Below, in pieces: positions 52,077 through 60,837 of a DNA stretch of 64,000 bases. A program made the position numbers and the translations under genes. The notes under the pieces are model-generated. The model did not search any database. It was given only the letters and a program-made list of their open reading frames with translations, and had not been told where the DNA came from. Every line of letters starts with the position of its first letter. The stretch's first letter is position 1. This DNA is from a virus, in the IMG/VR virus record IMGVR_UViG_3300008265_000001. The stretch is one strand, 5' to 3'.

Positions 52077-54132
52077 TAACGGGATAACTGCTAATGGTAT
52101 TAGATTTCTTGGTGGTGGGGCAGCCTCTACTTCTATAGATTCTCTCAATAGAGTTGGTCGGTCTATGGCTAATAGAGTAGCTTTCAGTAAAACAACCTCA
52201 TTTCCTGTAGGCTATTACGAAAATGCTTTAAAGCGACCATTATCTGTAGGTGAAATTGGTAGCACTTTTAGAACTTTTGGTGCAGCTACAACCTCAAGCT
52301 CTCTTTTTGGTATAGGTTCTGTAGTAGCGACACTTAATCTTGCTGGATTAATTACAAGCACAGGATTTTTAATACGAGGTGTTGTAAAATCTGGTTCTGC
52401 TGCTGGTATTGCTACTTTTGAACCATTAACTTTAGACGGAAAAGGTATTATTGGAGCCACTTTAAATATCGGCTTTAAACCTTCAGCATTTGATATTGCC
52501 CAAGAAGTTTGGGGGGCAATTGCTTCACTTAACAATGTAATTGGAACAATGGGAGAAGTTCTGAACAGTGCGACAGGTGGAGGCGGTGGAGGCGGTGGAG
52601 GCGGTGGAGCTAGTGCATCTAGTATTGCTACTGCTGTTTGGGATAGATTATTATCTGGGCATCAAATATCTGGAAGTGCAGGTAAAGCTTTATCTGATGC
52701 TGGTGGTGGTAGTTCTCCTAGTACTATTGCTGGTGCAGTTAGAACCGAACTTTCTACAGAATTAGGGAGAATTGATGCAACTGTTTCTAGTCGCTTAGCT
52801 TCTGCTGGATACACAGCACCTGATAACGCAACAATATCTACCATAAACACTAAATTAGGGACACCTTCTGTTTCCCTTAGTGCTGACATTGCAACCAGAG
52901 CATCTCAAACTAGTGTTAATTCCATACCAGTCACAACATTACTTTCTTCTGACCTTAGACTTAATAATCTCGATGCTGCAATAAGCAGCCGATTACCCAC
53001 CGCAAGTTATTCTGCACCTATATCTGCCTCTACTATTTCATCTCAAGTAAGGACGGAGCTTTCCACAGAGTTGGCACGAATTGATGTAGCTATCTCAAGC
53101 AGAAATGCAACTACTCCGCCTACAGTTTCTCAAATTAGAACAGAACTTGATACCAACTCTACTAAGTTAGATGTTGCAGTCAGCACAAGACTAGCTGGAG
53201 TTACCTATACAATACCTCCAACAGCTTCTCAAGTTGCCACGCAAGTTCGTACCGAATTAACAACTGAACTTGGAAGAATTGACGCAGCAATTTCCACTCG
53301 CTTATCTTCTGCTGGATATACTTCTCCAGATAATACAACAATTGAAACTATAAATACAAAAATAGGTACTCCATCTATTTCTTTATCTGATGACATAGCT
53401 ACTAGAGCATCACAAACAACTTTAGATGCAATACCAACTAATACGTTGTTATCGAATGATTCTAGACTTAATAATCTTGATGCAACTATATCTAGCAGAT
53501 TGGCAACAACAGGATACTCTGCCCCAGTTTCTGCTGGTACATTAGCTTCCCAAGTAAGAACTGAACTTTCTGTAGAACTTTCAAGAATAGATGTTGCAAC
53601 TTCAAGTCGATTAGCAAGTGTTTCTTATACAATCCCCCCTACCGTAGCCGCTATTCGTTCGGAAATTGACACTAATTCAACAAAACTAGATGTAGCAATA
53701 AGCACACGCTTAGCTTTTGGGGCTTATAGCACACCTCCTACAGCTTCAGTTATTGCTGGTCAAGTCCGAACTGAACTTGCTACAGAATTATCTAGGATTG
53801 ATGTTCCAACTTCAACTAGACTTGCATCAGCTAATTACACAATACCAAATAATTCTGGTATTGCATCTATTCTTGAAGATACCAATGAATTACAAAATAA
53901 TCAAAATCAATGGATAACTGCGACAGGTTTTGCTACACCAACTAATGTAAGCAATGCTCAAACAGCTATAATAAGTGAGATTAATACTAACGAAACTAAA
54001 TTAGATAGTATTAAGGCTAAAACAGACATTTTAGTTAATACAGATTTATCAAGTATAGAAGCTGATTTAGTTATTATTAATGAAGGTGTTAAAAAAGCTA
54101 GTCTACTTGTACCACACTCAGAGGATTTATAA
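52066..54132 (+). CDS. repetitive tail fibre protein (poly-Gly hinge plus tandemly duplicated 169/173-aa unit)
   Basis: 688 aa, with G11 and the motif VRTEL..EL.RID...S.RLA...Y..P recurring 5 times. Confidence 0.65.
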   Translation: MLTNNGITANGIRFLGGGAASTSIDSLNRVGRSMANRVAFSKTTSFPVGYYENALKRPLSVGEIGSTFRTFGAATTSSSLFGIGSVVATLNLAGLITSTGFLIRGVVKSGSAAGIATFEPLTLDGKGIIGATLNIGFKPSAFDIAQEVWGAIASLNNVIGTMGEVLNSATGGGGGGGGGGGASASSIATAVWDRLLSGHQISGSAGKALSDAGGGSSPSTIAGAVRTELSTELGRIDATVSSRLASAGYTAPDNATISTINTKLGTPSVSLSADIATRASQTSVNSIPVTTLLSSDLRLNNLDAAISSRLPTASYSAPISASTISSQVRTELSTELARIDVAISSRNATTPPTVSQIRTELDTNSTKLDVAVSTRLAGVTYTIPPTASQVATQVRTELTTELGRIDAAISTRLSSAGYTSPDNTTIETINTKIGTPSISLSDDIATRASQTTLDAIPTNTLLSNDSRLNNLDATISSRLATTGYSAPVSAGTLASQVRTELSVELSRIDVATSSRLASVSYTIPPTVAAIRSEIDTNSTKLDVAISTRLAFGAYSTPPTASVIAGQVRTELATELSRIDVPTSTRLASANYTIPNNSGIASILEDTNELQNNQNQWITATGFATPTNVSNAQTAIISEINTNETKLDSIKAKTDILVNTDLSSIEADLVIINEGVKKASLLVPHSEDL
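52576..52608 (+). repeat. (GGTGGAGGC)x3 + GGTGGA encoding Gly11
   Basis: Read directly; a 9-nt in-frame tandem repeat. Confidence 0.9.
52738..53763 (+). repeat. intragenic tandem duplication: 507-nt unit (52738..53244) followed by a 519-nt unit (53245..53763)
   Basis: Units A1(103 aa)+B1(66 aa) and A2(103 aa)+B2(70 aa) align residue by residue. Confidence 0.85.
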
Positions 54133-54483
54133 TTGGATACTTTTCAGAAGTCGATTTTAGGTGGTAGCACAAATGGTTTGCCAATAGCCATCAATGCTAC
54201 TACTTCAGGTAGTGCCAACACTATACACACTGCGGGGTCTACTGATATTCATGAACTCTGGGTATCGGCATTTAACTATTCTAATATTGACCAAACTTTA
54301 TATGTGTTAATAGGAGGTTCGAGCGCCTCTCAAATATTCTCACAAGTAATTCCAGCAGGTCGTGGACTAGTGCCAATTCTTTCTGGAGTCACAGTAACTG
54401 GGAGTTTAGTAATTAAGGCTTACGCTTCGCTTACTGCTTCGATTAGTGTAGTTGGTTTTGCTAATGTCATTGTAACGGTATAA
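54133..54483 (+). CDS. small beta-rich protein downstream of the fibre gene (fibre accessory candidate; TTG start)
   Basis: 116 aa; analogous in position to 44561..44950. Confidence 0.45.
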   Translation: MDTFQKSILGGSTNGLPIAINATTSGSANTIHTAGSTDIHELWVSAFNYSNIDQTLYVLIGGSSASQIFSQVIPAGRGLVPILSGVTVTGSLVIKAYASLTASISVVGFANVIVTV

Positions 54484-54485
54484 CG

Positions 54486-57400
54486 ATGCACCCACGCTTT
54501 ACTTTTGCCCCTGAGCCACTCCAACTCACAGAATCAGAGCAGAATTACCTTCCTACTCTTCTAGACGTATATGACAGCAGCACGACCGCTTACTCCGCAT
54601 CCTCTACAAGCTACTCAGCCGTAACAAACAAGTACGATTTTTCCTTTTTTGGGCAATTTTATCCCTCTGGAGTTATAAATCAAACTTTATTCACTGTAGG
54701 GGATATTTTCTACTTTGCAATCGTATCTGGTGTGCTAGTAATTAAGCGTCAGATAGCTTCGGGCATCTTCGAGACTGTATCCAGTGGTCTTACTATAAAC
54801 GATGCCTCTTGGTCGCTGCTGCGCGTTGTCAGAAAGGGAAGTGTGCTGAGTATTAAGGTGAATGAGTCGTCGGCTACCCTCACCTTCAACTACAAGATTC
54901 AGTCTGGCACTTTTAAGATTGGCAACTTTACTGGTGATGTTAAAAATATCGGCTACAAGTCTGTGGCATTACCTTGGCTTTTATCAATAAGTGCAGATGT
55001 TTTCGCTAGCGCGTTGACGGCTTACAGACCGAGCAACAACCAAATCTGCTATTTAAAATATGCTGATGAAATTGGCAACTTCACAAAACTCATAGACACA
55101 ACTACAAATGACTACAAAACACAGACAAAGCTAGTAACGCCAAATTCCCTTGCCATACAAAGCGCCCGACCTCTCACATCAAGTTTTACAGTCGAGCTAC
55201 GTTTTTTATCGGCTAACATCGGCGCAAATGTAGAACTACTAAGCTACTGGGACTCGCCCAACCTCAGTTTTTTTGTAAGGAAACTAGACAATCTACTGAA
55301 ATTTGGCAGACTCAACTCAAATGCCATTAATCTGCAAGACATTGGCAGTTTTGACCCTTCCAACGAGGTTCAGGTACTGAAGCTGGAGTTTAACCAGTTT
55401 GCAGTCAAAGTATGGCTCAATGGCTTACTAAAGCTTACTACGACGCTGCAAATAAAAATACCGAGCTACAAGTTCTGGTTTAATTCAAGTAAATATCAAG
55501 CGCCTACAGGAAACTTTAGCCTAATTTCTTTTTCTGCCTATGAGCGCATAGCGAATCTTGACCAATATTTTCCTCAAGTCGCTACGCTCCTTCCTCAATC
55601 CAAGGTCGAGCAGTTTTACCCAATTAATTTCAGGAACAAAACGTCTTCAACTTTTCAGGGGATTTTTTCTAGGCGAATTTTTTCTGTCGCTGGAAGCTCA
55701 GCCGTCGCCCCTAACTCAACAACTACTTATACAATCACCCAAACTGGCAGCTACTCAGATTCCACAGTGTACTTTTTACACTTACTAATACCTGATAATT
55801 CCGACTGGCAAGTAAATGAAGCGACTCTAAATGTTAGTACTGTGTCTGTAGCACCTAATTCACTAACAGCTACTTTCCAGTTAGTTCTTAGTAATTTTGC
55901 AGTACGACCAGCCCGAACTCCAATCACTATAAGGGTTTCAAACGGCACTTACTATCAAGACTACGAAGTAAGTCTCAATGAATCACGTACTTTTGGCATC
56001 ACAAACATTTCTGGCTATCTTGATGGCTACTTTGCTAAATCGAGCATCACAAGCGGCACAATACCTAATCTCACCGCAACAGCCAATGCAACAACAAGCT
56101 CAACACTAGAAACTTCGCTTTTATACGGCAAGACCTACAACATCGCAAGCTCAGGGCAGAAAATAAATCTGGCAGCTTCTATTGCAGGAGTTCGCACCTT
56201 GTTTTTTGTATATCGAGAGTTGGCGGCTAAGTCGTATCGCAAATATGTTGGCTCAAGTTCTGGTTACACATTTAATGGCGGCTCTGGTACTCAACTGGTC
56301 GGCTCACTTCAGTTTACGTCTGGTGATTTTGTAAAAGTGTCTACGCAGTCTGGTCGCTTCAGTAAAGTTGCAATTTCGGAAGATGAAAGTAATTTAGTTT
56401 ACATTGACGACTTGGCGAACACAGTCAAAGTAGTGCGGCGAATCACTGGAGTTTGGGCATTTGGCTCGGCAGTAACTTTGCCTTTGACTTCTGGTGATGC
56501 GGCTGCTCTAGCTAATGCTTCACTGCAAATAAACAGCACTGGCGACTTGATTTGTATCGGTGTCAAGAATAGCAACTTGGGTGAAGGGCGCGTACTTCAC
56601 TTCACTCGAACTGGTGTCGCTACATGGACATCGAGCCTCAATTTAGGGCAAACTAGCCCAGTACCTTACGTGGATGGTTTTGGTCTTTCAGCTTTTGTAA
56701 AAGATGACAATACAGCACTTTTAGCTTCAGTCCAAGGAAGCAATCATATATATAAATTTACTTCTTCTGCTGGAATCTACAACACGACCCCCAGTAACGT
56801 CTTCAACTTTTTAGGGAAAAAAATTCTGGGCAATTTTGATTTGTCGCGATGGGCGGCGATGGACAACTCAGGTAATGTTCGGGTTTTCGACTCAGACGCA
56901 CTTACACAAACGATTACAGGCGCAGATTTGGATTTTGCGCTGAAGGATGATTACTTGGCGACCGCTAATTTCTCTGGTGAGGTGAAAATTTGGAAATACG
57001 AAACTGGCGCTTGGACAGTCATCAAGACCATCACAAGCTCAACTACCAACTTTGGATACTCACTATCCTTTAACGCCAGCTATGACCTGCTAGTGGGAAG
57101 CCCGAACGAAAGTACCTCTTTTCTGTACCTCTTTTCTGGCAACTGGGCTACACCGACTACGTTTGCCAGTACTGGGCTATATGGCTATGCGAATGCTCTA
57201 ACGGCTGATAGTGTTCTGATAAGCAACTACACAGACCAATTGGAGTTCTACAGTAGCGATGGAGCAAGTATTCCTCAAATAATTACAGATGTGCGACAAA
57301 AAAAAGCATCTGTAGCACTCACAAGTAATGTGGATAGCACAGACGCTCAGGTATTGGTATTTAGTTCAAGCAGTGGGCTGACGATTGATTCAATAGCATC

Positions 57401-57527
57401 AGACATAAACGGATTGTGGTTAGGCTGCTTGCTTTATAATAGACAGCTTACTACGGCTGAGATTCAGGGAATCGAACAAAACATTGAAGAGTATCTTGGG
57501 CTGGCGGAGAGGTCACTTTACGTTTAA
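54486..57527 (+). CDS. 1013-aa LamG-like plus FG-GAP/beta-propeller-like adhesin candidate
   Basis: N-terminal LamG-like unit (NDASWSLLRVVRKGSVLSIKVNES). C-terminal FG-GAP-like repeats (TNFGYSLSFNASYDLLVGSPNES, STGDLICIGVKNSNLGEGRVLHF, DGFGLSAFV). Confidence 0.6.
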   Translation: MHPRFTFAPEPLQLTESEQNYLPTLLDVYDSSTTAYSASSTSYSAVTNKYDFSFFGQFYPSGVINQTLFTVGDIFYFAIVSGVLVIKRQIASGIFETVSSGLTINDASWSLLRVVRKGSVLSIKVNESSATLTFNYKIQSGTFKIGNFTGDVKNIGYKSVALPWLLSISADVFASALTAYRPSNNQICYLKYADEIGNFTKLIDTTTNDYKTQTKLVTPNSLAIQSARPLTSSFTVELRFLSANIGANVELLSYWDSPNLSFFVRKLDNLLKFGRLNSNAINLQDIGSFDPSNEVQVLKLEFNQFAVKVWLNGLLKLTTTLQIKIPSYKFWFNSSKYQAPTGNFSLISFSAYERIANLDQYFPQVATLLPQSKVEQFYPINFRNKTSSTFQGIFSRRIFSVAGSSAVAPNSTTTYTITQTGSYSDSTVYFLHLLIPDNSDWQVNEATLNVSTVSVAPNSLTATFQLVLSNFAVRPARTPITIRVSNGTYYQDYEVSLNESRTFGITNISGYLDGYFAKSSITSGTIPNLTATANATTSSTLETSLLYGKTYNIASSGQKINLAASIAGVRTLFFVYRELAAKSYRKYVGSSSGYTFNGGSGTQLVGSLQFTSGDFVKVSTQSGRFSKVAISEDESNLVYIDDLANTVKVVRRITGVWAFGSAVTLPLTSGDAAALANASLQINSTGDLICIGVKNSNLGEGRVLHFTRTGVATWTSSLNLGQTSPVPYVDGFGLSAFVKDDNTALLASVQGSNHIYKFTSSAGIYNTTPSNVFNFLGKKILGNFDLSRWAAMDNSGNVRVFDSDALTQTITGADLDFALKDDYLATANFSGEVKIWKYETGAWTVIKTITSSTTNFGYSLSFNASYDLLVGSPNESTSFLYLFSGNWATPTTFASTGLYGYANALTADSVLISNYTDQLEFYSSDGASIPQIITDVRQKKASVALTSNVDSTDAQVLVFSSSSGLTIDSIASDINGLWLGCLLYNRQLTTAEIQGIEQNIEEYLGLAERSLYV

Positions 57528-57988
57528 ACTTCTTCACCTACCCTGAAGGCTGATTCGTAAATATCTTTGAGTAACTCCTCATTAAACTTATCTTTGTCGT
57601 CAAAGTATTGGTCGAGAGAGGTGTTTATTTCTTCGATGATGCTGGAATGCCATTTGTCAAGAGTTTTATAATCTGTATTAGCATCGAAAGCTAATCTCTG
57701 TACGCGAACACCCTCACCGAAAATTTTCTCAAAGTGTATATCACCAATTGTCGTTTCTGTTGTAGGGAAGGAGATTAAATAGAGTGTTTTGAGTGGGTTG
57801 ACGTTCTCGCCTGTCTTAAGGTACTTAAACAGCTTGTCTACATACTCTCTTTCTGCGGGTAAGTCTATAACAATGTTACGGTTGTGAGCAAATAGTGAGA
57901 TACTTCCAGACTCGTAAACTTCAAGACGGATTGGAAAGTCTTGTTGTGAGACGATTTCTTCGATTTCAGATTGTGTTGTAAGTGTCAT
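57524..57988 (-). CDS. hypothetical acidic protein
   Basis: 154-aa ORF; its stop overlaps the convergent gene end by 4 nt. Confidence 0.5.
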   Translation of the reverse strand: MTLTTQSEIEEIVSQQDFPIRLEVYESGSISLFAHNRNIVIDLPAEREYVDKLFKYLKTGENVNPLKTLYLISFPTTETTIGDIHFEKIFGEGVRVQRLAFDANTDYKTLDKWHSSIIEEINTSLDQYFDDKDKFNEELLKDIYESAFRVGEEV

Positions 57989-58123
57989 GTTTTTAGTTGT
58001 GTGTATGTTGCAATGTAGTAAATAGTCATTTGCGTATAAAGTATGTCGAGAGAAATCCCAAAGTTAAAGGTAGGACTATATTAAATAGTAACCACCAAAA
58101 AAGTAATCCAGATTCAATATTAG

Positions 58124-58408
58124 TCATTTACTGTACCAAAAGCTCCCATTAATTTGCCACCAGATGAATCTCAGGCTAAAGTAAGTGTAATCTTCCTTCA
58201 TGTATTGATTATTGATGAACCGAGTTGCAATGTAGAACTGGAACAGAGGAATGAAGATTACTCCTCCAAGCTTCCAAGGCTTTTCCCAGATGACACTTCG
58301 CTCGACTCCATCACGACATTTGTGTTTGCCGCGAATGAAGTTAACGGGGAAGATTGTTACGAATCGATGTTTGATGCGAGGGTCGTTTTTTGCTAGACCA
58401 TTATACAT
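58124..58408 (-). CDS. hypothetical W/F/Y-rich protein with one hydrophobic segment
   Basis: 94-aa ORF, 1-nt gap to the upstream gene. Confidence 0.4.
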   Translation of the reverse strand: MYNGLAKNDPRIKHRFVTIFPVNFIRGKHKCRDGVERSVIWEKPWKLGGVIFIPLFQFYIATRFINNQYMKEDYTYFSLRFIWWQINGSFWYSK

Positions 58409-58409
58409 A

Positions 58410-58889
58410 TTACACCTTAATTGCTACTTCATAGGTCGCTTCAGGCTCAGGCAGTGCCGCAACACGTTGTTTGAAGTCGAACTCCATGAACTCAATCTCT
58501 TCGTTGGTTTGGAGCGCTGCAATCTTTTGTTGGAATAGTTCAATCTGTTTTTGCAACTTTTGAACTTCGCCTTCATTAGCTGCAATCAAATCAGTTCTAG
58601 CCCCATCAATGTTGTTTGCCAGTTCAAGTAGCTCGTCGGTTAGCACGATTTTGCCAGCCTTGCGCTTGACTTGAATGCTCGATTTGCCCAGCTTCGCGAT
58701 TGTGCCAGTTTTCGCTACGTCAAAGCGTTTTGTGAAGAGTTCTGTCACTTTTACCTTTACGTCTTTCAACTCGGCTTGGACGCTCTTTTCTTGGCTGCTG
58801 AGATTGATTGCAGAAAGGAGTAACTCGTTCTCTTCTGGTGAAAGTTCGGTGGTGGCGTTAGATACAGCGAGAATTTGTGGTGCAGTCAT
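58410..58889 (-). CDS. coiled-coil hypothetical protein
   Basis: 159-aa ORF. Confidence 0.5.
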   Translation of the reverse strand: MTAPQILAVSNATTELSPEENELLLSAINLSSQEKSVQAELKDVKVKVTELFTKRFDVAKTGTIAKLGKSSIQVKRKAGKIVLTDELLELANNIDGARTDLIAANEGEVQKLQKQIELFQQKIAALQTNEEIEFMEFDFKQRVAALPEPEATYEVAIKV

Positions 58890-58892
58890 GTG

Positions 58893-58985
58893 TTAGTTAC
58901 CAAAGTAAAGTTTAAGTGCAATGTAGCAAAGGAATGCAGGAATACCGAGTGCCAATGTAAGTGGCAAGATTAGGTGAAGGAACAT
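58893..58985 (-). CDS. 30-aa hydrophobic peptide (MFLHLILPLTLALGIPAFLCYIALKLYFGN); not in the supplied track
   Basis: ATG..TAA read directly; packed 1 nt after the upstream ORF and 3 nt before the downstream ORF. Confidence 0.4.
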   Translation of the reverse strand: MFLHLILPLTLALGIPAFLCYIALKLYFGN

Positions 58986-58986
58986 A

Positions 58987-59133
58987 TTATTTTTTGCGTC
59001 CTCGCAACGATTGAATATATCCCAACAATACTTCAAAAGCTACAGATAAAAGTAGTAATATCGTCAGGACTAAAAACAAAGATATTGCACTTAGTAAGAG
59101 AAAGGTGCATAGAGCAGTTAGTGTTTCAATCAT
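58987..59133 (-). CDS. 48-aa membrane peptide with a basic C-terminus (MIETLTALCTFLLLSAISLFLVLTILLLLSVAFEVLLGYIQSLRGRKK); holin-like candidate; not in the supplied track
   Basis: 147-nt ORF read codon by codon. A long hydrophobic stretch is followed by RGRKK. Confidence 0.45.
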   Translation of the reverse strand: MIETLTALCTFLLLSAISLFLVLTILLLLSVAFEVLLGYIQSLRGRKK

Positions 59134-59197
59134 AATAATTTAATAGTAAACGTCAGTTCTATTGTCTGCATCCATCTTTAGATACATTTGTTTTATA

Positions 59198-59206
59198 TGT
59201 TATGGT
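59198..59206 (+). promoter_or_regulatory. extended -10 (TGTTATGGT) upstream of the RlpA-like gene
   Basis: 32 nt upstream of the TTG start; AAGGA lies 8 nt before the start. Confidence 0.3.
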
Positions 59207-59237
59207 GGTTTACGAACTTAAGTAAAGGAATCACGAT

Positions 59238-59594
59238 TTGCTTATCAAAACATTATCGGCAGCAAGTTTGGCACTACTAGCAACAGTCTCAAACCCTGCA
59301 AACGCCCTAGCTGAATGCTTCAACGCCACTGCAACTTATTACTCGGATTACTACGAAGGTAGGCAAACCGCAAACGGCGAAACGTTCAGTAATTCAGGCT
59401 ATACAGCCGCAATAGCAGACTGGAGGAGTTTCGGTAGCTACAGAGTCACAAACGAGCGTACAGGAGCATCTGTGGAGGTCTACGCGAATGATAGAGGTGA
59501 CTTTGGAGATAATATCGATTTGTCACAAGCTGCATTTGATGCTATTGGGAATTTAGACAGTGGAGTGTTAGATGTACAGGTCTGTAGGCTTTAG
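59238..59594 (+). CDS. secreted RlpA-like double-psi beta-barrel (DPBB) protein; peptidoglycan-binding / lytic transglycosylase-like
   Basis: Signal peptide LIKTLSAASLALLATVSNPANALA, then ATYYSDYYEGRQTANGETF....YTAA......FGSYRVTN..TGASVEVYANDRG.....IDLSQAAFDAIG, which matches the RlpA consensus. Confidence 0.7.
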   Translation: MLIKTLSAASLALLATVSNPANALAECFNATATYYSDYYEGRQTANGETFSNSGYTAAIADWRSFGSYRVTNERTGASVEVYANDRGDFGDNIDLSQAAFDAIGNLDSGVLDVQVCRL

Positions 59595-59875
59595 CTAAGC
59601 AATTGCCTCAGAGCTTCTTCATGTTTTGGGGCGAAGTAAATAGATTCTCCGTAAGTGGAGTCTTCTGGCTCAACATCAGCAAAAATATAGAAAAGATAAA
59701 GTAAATTCATGTAAGGCTCCCCAATATTAGTCTGGCAAATCCTTTGAGGAATAATTTGGCGTACAACACCTTCACTGATGAGGTATACCTTATTTTCGAT
59801 TTTGAATACAGATTGGTGGTTATCGAAGCGGAGTGTGGGATGAGAACGGAAGTTCGTGAGTACTTTGTTGTTCAT
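59591..59875 (-). CDS. hypothetical protein
   Basis: 94-aa ORF; 4-nt overlaps at both ends. Confidence 0.45.
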   Translation of the reverse strand: MNNKVLTNFRSHPTLRFDNHQSVFKIENKVYLISEGVVRQIIPQRICQTNIGEPYMNLLYLFYIFADVEPEDSTYGESIYFAPKHEEALRQLLS

Positions 59876-60516
59876 GGTTTTAGGTAAAATACTGCTCCAT
59901 TTTTATACGTTTGTTTAGACCAACCTAAGCGGAGTAGTGAATCAGCAACAACTTTCTTGTCAAGTCCTTGGGTATCTTTAAGAATCTCAGACACTGTAAT
60001 TCGCGCTTTGCGAGTACCTTCAAGCAACTTAGTGATAACTCGGTCAACATACTCAACTGTTTCCACTGAGCCTTGATGTTTTGCAAGTTTTAGAGCTTTC
60101 TTCAAAGCGGTAAGAAGAAATTTATACTCAAAGTTGTATCGATAGTTGAAATTCTCACTCAACTTGCTGCTCAGTATGTCAATTGGGCTAAGGTCAAACC
60201 CATAGGCTCCTTTTTCTGCTTCTACACCATTGAAAATGATTTTTTGGGTATCTTTATCAATATCAAATCCACGAAGGTACTCAGGGTTGCTACGAAGGAA
60301 ATTAGCAAGACCGTCAACTTGTGCAATTTGAGCAGTGTCGAGGCTGTACTTATTTAGTGTGTTTGCTTGGTCGGCAAGAGCGATTGCTACCATTTTCCAA
60401 AGATTTTCTTGACTCTCTCTTGGACTGTTTTCGACCATGCAAGAAATTTTATCCATAGGTATCGGGGGCTTGAGTAGGCGTACTAATTCGATTTCCGTAA
60501 TCTTGGTTATATTCAT
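59872..60516 (-). CDS. hypothetical protein, putative DNA-binding; paralog of 21675..22388
   Basis: Start moved to MNITKI (60516) because an extended -10 lies at 60542..60550. The C-terminus LLRLGWSKQTYKNGAVFYLKP aligns with LLITNGWEYVQYKNSRVKYFFK. Confidence 0.5.
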   Translation of the reverse strand: MNITKITEIELVRLLKPPIPMDKISCMVENSPRESQENLWKMVAIALADQANTLNKYSLDTAQIAQVDGLANFLRSNPEYLRGFDIDKDTQKIIFNGVEAEKGAYGFDLSPIDILSSKLSENFNYRYNFEYKFLLTALKKALKLAKHQGSVETVEYVDRVITKLLEGTRKARITVSEILKDTQGLDKKVVADSLLRLGWSKQTYKNGAVFYLKP

Positions 60517-60541
60517 TAATGAGTTTTTGTTTCTTTTTATT

Positions 60542-60550
60542 AATATAACA
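60542..60550 (-). promoter_or_regulatory. extended -10 (TGTTATATT on the minus strand)
   Basis: 25 nt upstream of the ATG at 60516, abutted by a TTTGTGGTTTGTG repeat. Confidence 0.4.
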
Positions 60551-60695
60551 CAAACCACAAAGAAGGCTATATCTATCTAAAGGAGTACTCAATATCAAAC
60601 CCTAAAACCACAACAAAACACCAACTTAACTTTCTTTGGCGAAGCAGACCTCACAAAAAGCACAACCTCACCAAAATTAAATCACAAACCACAAA
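60549..60695. repeat. 13-nt direct repeat CACAAACCACAAA (60549..60561 and 60683..60695) bracketing a C/A-only-rich, strand-asymmetric tract
   Basis: Read directly. CACAAC/CACAAA variants also occur at 60608-60625 and 60661-60675. Confidence 0.7.
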
Positions 60696-60807
60696 TCCGT
60701 TTTTTAGACTGTATTGTAGAATCCTTACACAGATTGAATTTCGAGCTTACTAATTTTTGTGTTTAATTCGCTAGGAATACTCCTACTACTTCTACTAAAA
60801 TCTTCAC

Positions 60808-60825
60808 AGCCCTGCGGCGACTGAG
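60808..60825. repeat. 18-nt motif AGCCCTGCGGCGACTGAG (copy 2 of 2)
   Basis: See 22625..22642. Confidence 0.8.
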
Positions 60826-60837
60826 CATCTACTAGCT

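Noticed and set aside
52568-52765. 65-aa alternative-frame ORF across the poly-Gly repeat
   Set aside because: It is an artefact of the GGTGGAGGC repeat read out of frame, within a confident fibre CDS.
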